Positions 29,035-41,595 of a DNA stretch of 64,000 nucleotides are shown one piece after another. Location of the stretch: positions 14,384,001 to 14,448,000 of the forward strand of contig CM106586.1 of assembly GCA_048013815.1 (NCBI GenBank), given 5' to 3'. The DNA comes from Setoptus koraiensis. Taxonomy: Eukaryota; Animalia; Arthropoda. The notes beneath the pieces were generated by a model, which was given only the letters and a program-made list of their open reading frames with translations, was not told the origin of the DNA and did not search any database. Position 1 is the stretch's first letter, and each line of letters starts with the position of its first letter. The translations under genes and the position numbers were made by a program.

Positions 29035-31579
29035 GCCGCGTATAATATGCGTGCGGCTCGCACCTCGCTCGCGCATCTCGCTCGGTCGTCTCATTCGGCC
29101 GTCTCACAGTGAGACTCTCACTGACGACTCGTCAGTGACGAGTGAGTTTGTGTGAGTCGGCTCGTTGAGTCGCCGGCGAGGGCGCTCTCGTGAAGATGGC
29201 AGCACATAGCAGCGTTGTCGCATAAAAGTTCTACCATGGGCCATAGAGCATAGGCCATGGCACAACTTTTCTGTTCTTCACAACAGCAACTAGGCTACCA
29301 TAACGATGCGTTGCGGGCGGCGCACACGGACGTTTCCGCAATCGGCCCGTAGGGGAACGGCACTGGCGCCCATTGGCGGGCTTCTGGCGCACTGCACCAT
29401 GCGCGGCGTGCACCCCTTTCGCTGGGCGCGCGCTAGTGCCATGTTGTATAATGCGCACTAGACTGGCGTCGCCAGTGTGCTGCCGCACAATGCAGTGCGG
29501 CCTACAATGCAACGCGGCCTATCCACTGGATAGAGGTGCCTAAATGAGCTGCAGCGAGCGACAGGCACGGACGGGCTGGTGAGGCACAAAAAGAGTGTGA
29601 CACACACACGCAAAAATCGAACTCAAGTGCGTGAATATGCAAGCGTGCACACTTGCATGTCCCCTTGATTGTAGCCGAAACTGAATAGTGTTCAGTGAAT
29701 ACACACACACACACACAACATGGCGGCGCCACGATCGAGTGGAACATAATGGAAAGAATAGAACTTTTTTGCAAGTTGCCATCACAGTGCAGAACGGTGC
29801 TACATGAGACACGTTTCACTGTTGCCCGTACAGTCGCTTTGGGTGCCATCGGACCAGTTGTGCGTGCCATCAGCAGAGGACAGGAGTATCGCGAGCACTA
29901 ATTAGCCCATTATTATCATTGTCATTATTATTACTATTGCCGTTACTATTGTTATCGTTTCAATTGCACCACTCATGAAATACCTGAAATCAAACCGGGC
30001 CTGACTCGAACGAGCGCAACTGGTTGCACAATCGCCTTATGAGAGACAGCGAGAGAGGGAGAGAGAGAGAGAGAGAATTTGAAACACAAAGAGAATTCGC
30101 AACAGCGACAGGTCACTCGGTTGGTCGGAGCCCGAGCTCGGACACTGGCGATTGTTATCTAATCTAACACTATCCAATTTGGAGCAACACACACACACAC
30201 ACTCATATATCCTGAACATATATCATGAACATACACACACATATCCGTGAACAGCTACGCCAGCAGCCAATATTATCAGATTGACAGCACAACAGCAAGC
30301 AGCTATCGTTAATAAATTATTATTATTGTCATTACAGGCGGCCCGCTCGGCGGCATACATCATCATCTAGATAATAACCAACCAGATAATTATCGTACAT
30401 AGGCTAACAATATCAGTTCAATTAATTCAACTTGAACTTCAACCCATTGCGAAATATTGACACACACACACAGTGCACATATAGCAAACAGCAATACCAG
30501 TGGCTGCTGCAATTTACGCTTGAATACAAACGCTCAAAATTATTGTTATTACTATTACACAACACACATTAGACAAAAAGATCAAATTGTTCACTGGCGC
30601 TATTTTTGCCGATTTGTCTGCTACAGCCCTGTCCAACAGCGGCTATCAAACACAAGCTATCATTAGTTACTCAGCAGACAGACAACCCGCCAACGACTGT
30701 TCGACACCACTCAACCACTTTCTGTCTAGCCAATGCAACTATCAAGTGTGTCTGTCTGTGTGATTGGTCAAATCAAGTCTACATAACTAGAGAATGTTTA
30801 GTCTCTTTGACATTCATTCTCTCTACCACAACTACCAGACATAATTTTTTCAAGTGTGTGTGTGCGCGCGCCTCAATTCGCATATATGTGGACTTGACAT
30901 TGGAATTGGTTATTTCGTCGCCGACAAGAACAAGAAGATGGAAGGAGAAATAGTTGAGCAACAAAAATTTATCATCTTATATTACTACTAGCTATACATA
31001 ACATAACAAATGGACAACAGTCATTGTGCAGACAAACACATTTTATTGGTTACATAAACATGAGCGCACATGTGCATCAAATATCACCAATTATTATCAA
31101 ATTGCCCTTTACCATAATGCTCATGTTGCACACTAACTCAATCAATAGTAAAGCTTGCAATAGCCTTTTTGTCTATATGTGTTAGTGAGTGTGTTAACGC
31201 TTATGAAAATATTACTAGCACAAAATTGAGATTACTACTTTAGTCCACAGACCATTCTAGATAACGCATTTCTAGTTTTGTCAAGGCACAGGCACGTCGT
31301 AAACCAACTAATAGCTCACTCGCTCAATCAAGATCATCATCATCATAGTATGAAAACCAACTCTGTCCAAGGGACCATCGGCTGATAGAACTGTATCAAC
31401 AATTAGTCATCTATAAGGACATCATCATTACTTGAATTTTTTCATTGTTTATGCTCATCACTATTATCTTCATTTTGATAATATGAAGGTAATCTGATGA
31501 ACTTTAAGTCCGACGGTATAATTATAACAATCATCGAGCAAATTTATTAGATGTCCCACACGTGCTGACGCCAGAGAGA

Positions 31580-34234
31580 ATGCAGCGCTCATCTCCAATG
31601 GTACAACCGATATTAGCATGTTCACTTAATCTAGATGTGGAAAGTCATAACACAAACGGAGGTATATCAACACCATTAAAAGGCACCAATAGTTTAATCA
31701 ACGGCCCATACGTCAATTTTGACCAACATTGCTGCGGAAGACAAGCTATTGGTAACAGATTTGAGTCACTAGGAGAATCAGTGTTATTCCGTGACACACA
31801 ATTGACTATTGACGTCAATAGATTTAAAAGTGATAAAAAACTATCAGCGGCCACAGTGAATGGCAAATCGAATCTAATTGACAATCGTCATACTAATAAT
31901 CACAATAACAATAGCAACAACGACAACAACAGCAAAAAAAACGCTGACTATTCGACCTCGAATTCAACAGCATTCCTGCAACTGGCAAACCCAACGGATT
32001 TGAACGCTTCAAATAAATTAATTGTAGAGCATTCAAATGATACCAATCATACAAACTTTATGAAAAACAATAGCGAACAAGTTTTTGATTGCTCATTATC
32101 ACCAACAAATATCGCTCAAGCCATCAAGGCAGAAATCATAAACCGAAACGATAAAAAAGAACTCGCATCAGCAATGTCAGCAAACTCTTTTGATCGTGCA
32201 ACAAAACTAAATCACCTGCTAACAAAATCAAGTACCACTATTAATACTGTTAATAGTAATAGTTCTTCTACTAAATTAACTAAATCTAGCACAGCTACAA
32301 CTACAACAACAACTACTACAACTACAACAATGACTACAACTATTAACACAAGCATCAAAAGTAATTCAACACATACTAAATGTTCAGAAGTTTTGATAGT
32401 GAAAAACTCAACATCACGCAAGCTCGGAGGTTTCGTAGATAAAATTGCCAATCTCACCAAATATGATCCAATGAGCCATTTAGGTCGTCATTTGATCAAG
32501 CATAACTATGACACGCCAACGTCAACTCATGCTAATCATAATAATATAGCAAATAATGCTAGTAGTTGCGGCGAAAGCTCAACAGCATCAAAATCGTGTT
32601 CCTCAACACCTTCGTCTGTTGCTGTTTCAATGAATAGCTCAGCAAAGAGTAGTATATCTAATTTATCTTCTACAGGTGGCATGTCATGTATTAACTCTGT
32701 CCCTTATGTAGATCATCATCATGCCAATCAAACTGTCATACAACAGAACACAAAAAATTCTAATAGTGCACTTCTGTCGAATACTAGTAATCACCTGCAA
32801 AACCATCAGTCGTCAAATTCGGCTCAGTCTACTAATAACCTTTGTAGGCCGACAATCAACATAATCGAACAAACAACTCAATTCGGTTCACAATCTACAT
32901 TGCGTTGCGATAGTAAAAATGAAGAGAATTGTCGAAGCCCAAACGTATCCGCTAATTTCCAAAAGTCTTCCACTTACAACAACTTGATGGAATATCAATC
33001 CAATCATACAAACTCACAACCAAACAATTCCTCTGCCAGTAACATGGATCAAACACAAACAAATTCAAGCAAGTTCCATTACTCAGCGTCGGCCAACAAC
33101 ATATGTGGTAGTATTAATACAAAATCTAGCCAAGATATCGCCGCTGATTCAGAGCAGGGCAAAAATAAGAAAAGCTCCGTAGCCAAATCGTTTCTTAGTG
33201 TTGACCCCGCCAATTCCTCGAAAAATTTGCGCAAAAAAGCAAAAAAAGAAGCCAAGAGAGCGAAAGCGAAACATCAAGAGAATGTAGAACAATTGCGTAT
33301 GCTAGTCGATTACCTTCATCATAATAGCAAACCTTTGTCATTGTCTTTGGAAGCGGAGGAGATCGAGTTGGCAAGGTCGTACAAGTTGAATTCAAAACTC
33401 TGTGATGATTGTTTGAGCACCAGTGAATATTCTAACTCTCTCCTGCCGCCTGTGCCCGTTGATATCAGCCGAGATGGCAATGAACAGCAACCAGCTCAGA
33501 TACGTTTGACAAGTGAATCTTCGTCTAGTGATATTATTCGTTGTCACAGATGTAGGAAACCAATTGAGAGACCCGAATCTACAATAAGCCATTTCTCTGA
33601 TTCCGCAATAACAAATAGTGATCAAGATTCTAATGATGAGAATAAAAGTGAAGAACCTCAAAATGTTGGAATCAGCAAGCCGAAGGAGCAAGCTGTTCCC
33701 TTGTGCCACAGCAAACTGTTCAAATATCGACACACTGACGATATCCTGGATAAATTTCTTGCCAAACAGAAGGGTCACATCGTTGCGCGTGCCGCTAGAA
33801 GAGGCTCAGTTTTTCAACCAAAATTATTATTCGTTAGTTTCAAGAAAGATTGTAAATTCGAGGACATATCGCAGTTTGCTAAGTGTCTACCGATGAGAAG
33901 TTGGACTTCTGAGCTGTTCCTAGCTTCTCAGGAATCTAGTCAGCTGCTCGATCCTGCTGTCAAGAGAGAGCTTCTTTCTAATTACTCCTATGAAGATTTC
34001 CGTCACGTCTTGACTCCTGAGTTGAGCCATTTTAGCAATAATATTGAATCCATGTTGGCTATGAACGACAGGCGTAGAAAGTCGCTTAACGCCAATAAAA
34101 AACATCGGATTAGATTCAGAAAATTCAGTCAAGTTGGAAGTGATAAGATGTGGGATGTCGATAGATTGCAACAAAAAAACCGAAAAATTTACCAAGAGAG
34201 GCTACAAGTTATCAGGAATGTCCCGAATGGCTCA
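31580..34234 (+). CDS. RasGEF (CDC25-domain) gene, exon 1: long N/S/T-rich N-terminal region
   Basis: Long ORF (31562-34279) with a strong phase-0 donor CTCA|GTAAGT at 34235. First ATG is at 31580; a phase-1 acceptor at 31550 could add upstream exons. Confidence 0.7.
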
Positions 34235-34325
34235 GTAAGTTATCATCTGCACGGCTGTATCTTTCTATATCACGATTAACATTTCATCTAATAGCATTTT
34301 TTCCTACTCTCTCCTATTACGTAAG

Positions 34326-35883
34326 TCTGTATGCTCGGATTCATCAGGGTTGAATCTGGATGACAAAAATTTTGAAGCATTCGACAGTATGATTGATACC
34401 GTCGGAATAGATAGTGCAGATTACGAGGGAAGTGATTCACAAATAAATGATGATTATGATGACCCCTCGAAAGTACATCATAATCTGGAAAACATAGATG
34501 CCCTCTTATTGGCAAGAGAAATGACTCTGGTTTCGAGAGATCTGATGCTGGCTATAGATCACATAGAGTTGGCCAGGATCCTTCTAGAGCCGCATCTAGT
34601 CGACACAAAGAATTGTCCTAATATAGTTATATTGCTTGATTTCGATAGGAGAATCTATCATTTATTGATAACGGAAATAGTATCTCGCTCTGAAGTCGAA
34701 GATCGAGTTGGAGCCATCGTCAAGTTAATTGATGTTGCAGTGATATTGAATGGGTTGAAGAACTATTTTTCGTTAAATTCAGTTATATCAGCTCTACATT
34801 CACCCCCAGTAGCTAGATTAAACTCAACTTGGACGTCGTTGAAACATCGATACATCGACAAATATGACTCCCTGGTGAAATTGTCAAATCAAGTGATGAC
34901 TACTTACGATCTTACGGATCTGAATGAGCCTCTGAACAGCGACGACAGAGAAAAGGAGATGAATCTTCGACAGATGATTGACAATTGCTGTATTCCACAA
35001 TTTGAATTAGTAGTTAATCAAATGAAAAAATCCATATTGGAGTGCATGCAATCAAAAGTCAATCATTTCCCGACACAATCCACGCCTCTTCCTTCGAATC
35101 AAATCAAGTTTGTAAATGAAGTGAGCAATCACAATAATGATAGAAGGGTTGGAACTTGGACTAATCCCCAAAACCTGGCTGTGTGGATAGATCATGAAAT
35201 TAATAGCCTTATTCAAGAATTAGAGGCCAAGAACGCTCAACAGAAATCCAAGACGAAAAGAAGATCCACAAAATGGCTGAGAGGGAGACGCAACTCCTCA
35301 CACAGTAACAATAGTACCACTAAGAATAATGATTCGGAAATTGGTGGCATCACAAAAAGCCTTTCTGATGCCTCTATAGCTCCAACAAATAATGAACTAT
35401 CAAGTCATAACAGTTTGTGGTCAAGGTTGTTGAGCAAGAAGCGTCGAGTCAAATTCAATCCAAAAGAGACCTCCTCTGGGCAATCTATTAATCAGGAGGA
35501 ATCTAGAAAGAGTTCTCTATCAGACAAGTCTCTGAATGCTGGCCTCAATCCTAACTCAAAGATAATGGTGTCAGTTAGCGATCTCACAACCCCTGTCAAA
35601 CATGACCTTCATCAGCCAAAAACTTCCATCGTCAACTCCATCCTAGATCATACAGCTGGTAATCAGGAAGCTATCGACGACATAGAACGAGTCACCCCCG
35701 GAGATACTTCAAATACTCAAGTAGAGTTTTCAAATCTCTCGAAAGCTATTTCAGAATCTTATCATTATCTTTTGTCCAGCATTTCTGAAGAGAATAAGAA
35801 GTTTATCATGAACCTTATCCATACATGGCTCTTGGAACTCCAGGCAAAAATGGATAGCACTTTAGCTAATATCCAAGATTCTT
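34326..35883 (+). CDS. RasGEF (CDC25-domain) gene, exon 2
   Basis: 91-nt intron 34235-34325 (CTAAT branch, pyrimidine tract, AAG) joins in phase 0. LAREMTL...CPNIV...EIVSRSEVEDRVGAIVKLIDVA...LKNYFSLNSVISALHSPPVARLNSTW matches the CDC25 catalytic core. Confidence 0.82.
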
Positions 35884-35992
35884 GTAAGTCATGCATTTCC
35901 TACCTAAGTGAGGCTTGGGGACTCTGCATTAACTTTTACGCCGATCCATTTGTTAATTTTCTCATGAACTTGCCTTTCTTTCCCCTTTTCAG

Positions 35993-36213
35993 CTCCTAAC
36001 AAAGACAAGTCTTCCTGCGATGCAAGAGAGTTTCTTTTGATGCAAGCTTATAGACCTCTCAAAGAATGCTTAACCTTATCTTTACAACATGAGCCCTTGA
36101 CCAAGGAGGAGGTTTTAACTAACGAAGCTAAAGGTTCGGAACTCTCATCAAGCAATTCGACCGAAAGGGTAACCGTTAAGAATGATAACATATTAGAATC
36201 TACCCGTTTATGA
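35993..36213 (+). CDS. RasGEF (CDC25-domain) gene, last exon
   Basis: Donor TT|GTAAGT at 35884 and a strong acceptor (ctttctttccccttttcag) at 35992, phase 1. Encodes AREFLLMQAYRPLKECLTLSLQHEP, resembling the CDC25 C-terminal LY..SL..EP motif. Stop TGA at 36211-36213. Confidence 0.75.
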
Positions 36214-36951
36214 TACAGCGCACATATTATTATAGGAGGGAATTATTTCAAGTAACAGTACATGAGCAAAAAAGGTTGAGATTGACAATATATATCAAAC
36301 GACAACGAAACATAGGTGAAATTTATTGTTATATGATTGGTGAAATTTATATAAAAAAAAAATAGTGATCACATAAGAAGATTTAGATTTCTTTCAGCGA
36401 TTGTTCGCATGATCGTCCTTATTATGAATTGTTGAGGGCTGATTTTGTGGGAGCCAGCCAATTCTACACATTTTGTATCATCCGATTATCTACTAATAAA
36501 CATTATACAGATAACCGATCTCGGTATCAGCTGCCTGAAATACGGTATCCTATGAGAATGAACACCGACTTGCATTCAACCGAGGCACTGCGCTGTTGAT
36601 ACTGTCTTGTTACTTCTGTCATACTCACAAGTTGGGTGGGCGAAAAGAACTCTCAGATTTTCTTCTAAAGGGTCTATTCTTGTACATGCAGATACCGACG
36701 AGATGACAAAGAAAGCTAGGTGACTAGAACTCAACGATTTTTTTTTTCTTCTAATGTGTCTTTCTATGAAGATCTCGAGGACCCGGGCAACCGTGTACCT
36801 GTTTTTTTTTTTTTCGTTTTCGCAATATTCTGGTCAGAGTAAAATATTTAGCGATTGATTGCAAGCTAATATACGCAACAAAATATTACAGTGGATAAGC
36901 ACAAAGATACACTGATACACTGAAATTCTGTCGCATGACACAGCGTGTTAC

Positions 36952-36958
36952 TATAAAT
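36952..36958 (+). promoter_or_regulatory. Possible TATA box upstream of the piwi gene
   Basis: TATAAAT(AGGG) about 640 nt upstream of the Piwi ATG; motif match only. Confidence 0.2.
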
Positions 36959-37481
36959 AGGGATTTACAATAGGGACTGAAACTTAGGTCCCGGGCAAGT
37001 GTGTATTGCTAGATTAGGCCGCTTGTTGCAGCGCGTGCATGTTGCAACGGATAACTCAATCGGCAAAGTTGCCTATATGTTGTTGAGATTGTTTATACGA
37101 TGTATTGTACGATATTTAACTGAGCCGCTCTTCCCTCTTTGGGGATGTTGAAACTGTCGCTATGGGGAGGTCACTACAGTTTCGTGCTCCATTCGTAATA
37201 CTTGTCCCCCCTACATCGTGGGTTCTTTCCAAGTAGTTTGCAACTGCAACAAATAGTATTGGTCCAATAAATTACGACCACGTGGCCGTTGATATGCAAG
37301 AGGAGATGCAACAATACGTAGCAAATATTTGTATGACGAGACTTGAATTGTTTTCAGCAACAAGTCAGTCGTAATTCACACTAGCAAGAAGCAACATATC
37401 AACCGAGTGGCCAGAAATAAAATAAAATAACCAGAGTAAAATAAATGTGCAAAATAAATAGCCGTAATATAATCAACGCTA

Positions 37482-37566
37482 AAATAAGCAGCATCTAAAT
37501 AAGCAAAATCAAACTAAGCAACATCAAACTAAGCAACATTAAATAAGCAGCATTAAATAGGCAACT
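37482..37566. repeat. Degenerate 14-15-nt tandem repeat (AAA(C)TAAGCARCATY x6) just upstream of the piwi ATG
   Basis: Direct inspection. Confidence 0.75.
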
Positions 37567-37598
37567 ATAGCCGATATAAAGCCCGATAATATCCAACA

Positions 37599-40208
37599 AT
37601 GACTGGTCGTGGCAGAGGCGAAATACCACCAAAAGAGGTCCCGGAGAGCGGCATCAGGTCACGTTTGCACCCACCAAGACTCGGCGGTGATGGTAGCAGC
37701 AGCGAAAGTGGCAGCGGAACAGGCAGTGGCAGCGGCAGTGGAAGCGGTAGCGGCAGCGGCTCTGGAAACGGCAGCGGCAGCGGCAGTGGAAGCAGCGGCC
37801 AACTGGTGCGAGGTCGTGGTGGTTACAGAAACACCGAGCTGAGGACTATTCCCGACGGCATATCAGATTTGCAAGGAACCCAGGGAAGACCGCTTAAATT
37901 TTTAACCAATTACGTCAAGATTAACCTGCCAGCGGCCGCAGAAGTTCAACAGTACAGAGTAGACTTTGAGCCAAATGTAGAAAATACCAGATTGAGAGGC
38001 CAAATGGTGAGAGAGGCAACACAGGGCATCTTCTCGGGCAAAGTTATCTTTGACGGTGCCTCAGATCTGAAATCGTCCACTTCGTTGCCCAATGACGTCA
38101 CAACAGTGACCGCCGTTCATCCAAGCGACCAGAGTCAGGTTAACATTATCATTAAGAAGACTGGCCAAGTTGATTGGGGCGCATTCGAGATGTTACGCAT
38201 GTACAACACGGCCATGAGAAACTTTCTCAGAAAAATGGGCTATTTCCAATTGCGACGGGACTTTTATCACGACGAACTAAGCACAAAACTGCCCGGAAAT
38301 CACCAGATGAGTATAGTGGGTGGTTACCGAACGGCCGCTAGTCGACACAACGGTGGCATACTCATGAACTTGGACTCTGTTCACAAAATAATTCAAGACA
38401 CCACCTTGTTGAAAATGATGCAGACTATATTCCGGCGCAACGCGACAAATTTCCAGGCCAACGTAAGAAGTGAGCTCACTGGTTGCACGGTCATAACCAA
38501 GTACAACAACAAAACATACCGTGTTGAAGATTTTAGATTCGACCTAAAGCCAGAATCCACGTTCACCAACAGAGAAGGAGTGGAACAGTCGTACATGGAA
38601 TATTACAGGCGAACCTATCCCAATTTCCCCATCAACGATCGAACGCAACCACTTATTGTGGCCAAGCCTGATAATGCTTTGCGTAGACAGCGAGAGCTGG
38701 AACAAGATCAAGCTGGCGAACAAACAATACATCTGATACCAGAATTGTGTCACTTAACTGGATTAACACTTGAGCAAAGGAATGACAACCGGCTCAAAAT
38801 GGATATGATTAAACATTCGCAAGTGAGCCCAGCAGACAGGGCCAAAAATCTCAGGATATTTTTACGCCAACTTAATAGCAACGAATTCGTGAAACAGGAA
38901 TGTGCCAGATGGAACTACAGCTACGAAAAAGACATCATGCAAGTTGATGGAAGACAAATGGCCCCAGAAGCAATATGCTGGGGCAACATGAAAGGACAAG
39001 ACCCTACAAAATGGCCCAAATGCGACCCGCCCGGAAGTTTCGATAAAACACTGAGAGGCGCATCGTTACTTGAAGTGCCCAAATTGCCAAAAATGGCTTT
39101 CCTCATTAGTAGGCCAAACGCCGAATTATTGACACCTATACAGCAGATGATCGGTCGCAGCATGAATCAAATAGGCATACCGCTCAAGCCGGACAATGTG
39201 GATCTCATTAGACTACCAGACGATAGAGTTGGAACATATGTATCTGCTTGTCGTAACCTGCCTGATACTACCACAATTGCACTGTGCCTGTTACCTAATA
39301 CCAACAAGGAACGTTATGATGCCATCAAGAAAGTACTTTCTGTCGAGCGTGGCCTTCCATCTCAATGTTTCACCGCCAAATTGATGTCCGACGAGCGCAA
39401 GGCCAACTCGGCCTGCCAAAAAATAGCCATACAAATGGCCTGTAAGATCGGAGGTGAGCCTTGGACACTAGTGATTCCTGCCAAACAAACAATGGTATGT
39501 GGCTACGACGCCTATCACGACACAGCAACTCGTGGTCGTACAATTGGTGCCTTCTGTGCCTCAATGAATCACTCCATGACCCGCTGGTGGTCCAAAGCAG
39601 ACAACCATGACAAGCTAGAAGAGTTATCAGTCAACTTGGCAAACAATCTTGTTGAGGCTGTGAAGAAATGGAGTTCATTCAACAAATGTTTACCATCGAA
39701 AATATTCCTCTACAGAGATGCTGTCAGCGAGGGACAATTGGACCACGTTTTCAACGTCGAGCTTAAGTCCATCAAAAAGAAATTGCGCTCTTTGGGTGAT
39801 GAAGGTGCCAAAATCACACTCTCTGTTATCATAGTAACCAAACGTATTGGAACAAAATTTTTCATGATCAGTGGAGATAATGCTCCACCTCAAAATCCTC
39901 CGCCTGGAACTGTCGTGGACTCGGTAGTAACACGACAAGCAAGATACGACTTTTACCTCGTCAGTCAATTGACTCGCCAGGGAACTGTCTGTCCCACCAT
40001 GTACAATGTGATAGAGGATACAACCGGGTTGAAGCCAATGCACCAGCAGATGCTAGCATATAAATTGTGCCATTTGTATTTCAACTGGACCGGTACAGTG
40101 CGTGTACCAGCTCCATGCCAGTACGCCCACAAGCTTGCCTATTTGGTTGGAGAGAGTCTACATGCTATGCCGCATGTCAGCTTGGACAACTATTTGCATT
40201 ACCTGTGA
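37599..40208 (+). CDS. piwi: PIWI-clade Argonaute (Piwi/Aubergine-like), 869 aa, intronless
   Basis: N-terminal GRGRG and RGRGG; PAZ (YNNKTYRV, YMEYYRRTY, LIPELCHLTGL); MID (RYDAIKK, PSQC, KIAIQMACKIGG); PIWI (GYDAYHD, YRDAV, LCHLYFNWTGTVRVPAPCQYAHKLA); C-terminus LHYL. Confidence 0.97.
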   Translation: MTGRGRGEIPPKEVPESGIRSRLHPPRLGGDGSSSESGSGTGSGSGSGSGSGSGSGNGSGSGSGSSGQLVRGRGGYRNTELRTIPDGISDLQGTQGRPLKFLTNYVKINLPAAAEVQQYRVDFEPNVENTRLRGQMVREATQGIFSGKVIFDGASDLKSSTSLPNDVTTVTAVHPSDQSQVNIIIKKTGQVDWGAFEMLRMYNTAMRNFLRKMGYFQLRRDFYHDELSTKLPGNHQMSIVGGYRTAASRHNGGILMNLDSVHKIIQDTTLLKMMQTIFRRNATNFQANVRSELTGCTVITKYNNKTYRVEDFRFDLKPESTFTNREGVEQSYMEYYRRTYPNFPINDRTQPLIVAKPDNALRRQRELEQDQAGEQTIHLIPELCHLTGLTLEQRNDNRLKMDMIKHSQVSPADRAKNLRIFLRQLNSNEFVKQECARWNYSYEKDIMQVDGRQMAPEAICWGNMKGQDPTKWPKCDPPGSFDKTLRGASLLEVPKLPKMAFLISRPNAELLTPIQQMIGRSMNQIGIPLKPDNVDLIRLPDDRVGTYVSACRNLPDTTTIALCLLPNTNKERYDAIKKVLSVERGLPSQCFTAKLMSDERKANSACQKIAIQMACKIGGEPWTLVIPAKQTMVCGYDAYHDTATRGRTIGAFCASMNHSMTRWWSKADNHDKLEELSVNLANNLVEAVKKWSSFNKCLPSKIFLYRDAVSEGQLDHVFNVELKSIKKKLRSLGDEGAKITLSVIIVTKRIGTKFFMISGDNAPPQNPPPGTVVDSVVTRQARYDFYLVSQLTRQGTVCPTMYNVIEDTTGLKPMHQQMLAYKLCHLYFNWTGTVRVPAPCQYAHKLAYLVGESLHAMPHVSLDNYLHYL

Positions 40209-40919
40209 ATCAAGACTGTCGCATGAATTGATATTGACCGCAAGAAGAGCGAATTATAGTGAGCAGTTTGCGTATAAAAAGTAATAATGTAATTAGCACC
40301 ATAGACCATTTGTATTGAACGATGTGGCCTTGACGATTACAGTTAAATTAGGCGCCACAGAAGCGAATAAAACAACAAAAGAACAAAAAATAACAAACGT
40401 AGCTTGCTGATTTCTGCAACAATGTGACATATTTAATTTTCTTTATCCTCTGTCACTATATGTGTGGCTGCATGAGAGTGTGTGTCAGTATGTTCATCCT
40501 AGCAGCCAAGAATATTTGTATATATTTATATACAACGAATTGACCTGGGCATTACCTGTCGCATACACAGGTGTAATGAAGGGAACAAAGAGTGAATGCG
40601 ATCACAAACAATGTGAGAGAGTGAGAAAGCGAGATATATTTATATACTCCCGTGATGGTGTCTAGTGAGAGAATAGATACCTGTTAGAGTGATGTAGTGA
40701 CAATATTGACACAGTTGCACATCATTGTGACACAATGGCCTGCGACAGTAGCAACAAACTGAGGAGTTATAGCATATTTAATGTTGGATTATCGTCATTT
40801 TGGGGATAGCTTCAGGTATCCATATTTTTGGCAGAGAGAATATTGCATCGCAACATTATTGCAGCATTACATTTGCATTTTTGCATGATATTAGATTTAC
40901 GACAAACGAAAAAAGCACA

Positions 40920-41269
40920 ATGAGCACCCTCGATAGCAACACGCAACCACAATCAACGACAAGTGATACAAACGATGACACCACCAGTGAGAACATTAGT
41001 CATCCGCCAATTATAAACTATCAATTGCAAGCATCACCACGCAATCAAACGAGGAAAATTTCGTCCGATGCAACCAACCACCAGTTGAAATTGACCTCGG
41101 CACTGGCCCAAAACCAGAGGCCGGCAATAGCAGTGCAGCAGCCGCAATCAAATCGGCGCCACAAGCATCGACTGAATTCTTCGACTGAGCCCGATCAAGG
41201 GGCCCGCGAGTCACGCTTACAAGAGGCCAAGGTGTATCGCGATCTGTTGCCTTCGAATCTGATCATCAG
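40920..41269 (+). CDS. TBC Rab-GAP gene, probable exon 1
   Basis: ATG at 40920 and donor CAG|GTGAGT at 41270; phase 2 matches the acceptor at 41595. The 7-exon model totals 4575 nt (1524 aa). Confidence 0.55.
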
Positions 41270-41595
41270 GTGAGTGTTGCGGTGGGGGGATGAATTAGCA
41301 TCAAGCAGGTGATTGACTCAGATTAACTGGCATCTCATCTTATATGTGTATTATGTATGTTCTCTTGTCATGTGGATGCTTGTTGTCTATATAAAGCTCA
41401 CTCATGCAGGAAAACGATCGCCGAGCGAAGGCGGATCGCCGAGGCGCCGACGACAAGCGATTCACAAGCTCTTTCGATTCGGCCATAATCCTGTAAGTAT
41501 AACAACATTATATAGACTGTAGTTGAGTGACCATGACTCATGTGTGCGTGTATATGCTGATGTAATGCTCCTAACAACTAACCTCGACTTTGAAG

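Noticed and set aside
34348-34352. TTG start at 34350 or CAG acceptor at 34347 making the RasGEF domain a separate gene
   Set aside because: The CAG acceptor is out of phase with the strong 34235 donor (it gives GGT TGA); the AAG at 34325 joins both ORFs in frame.
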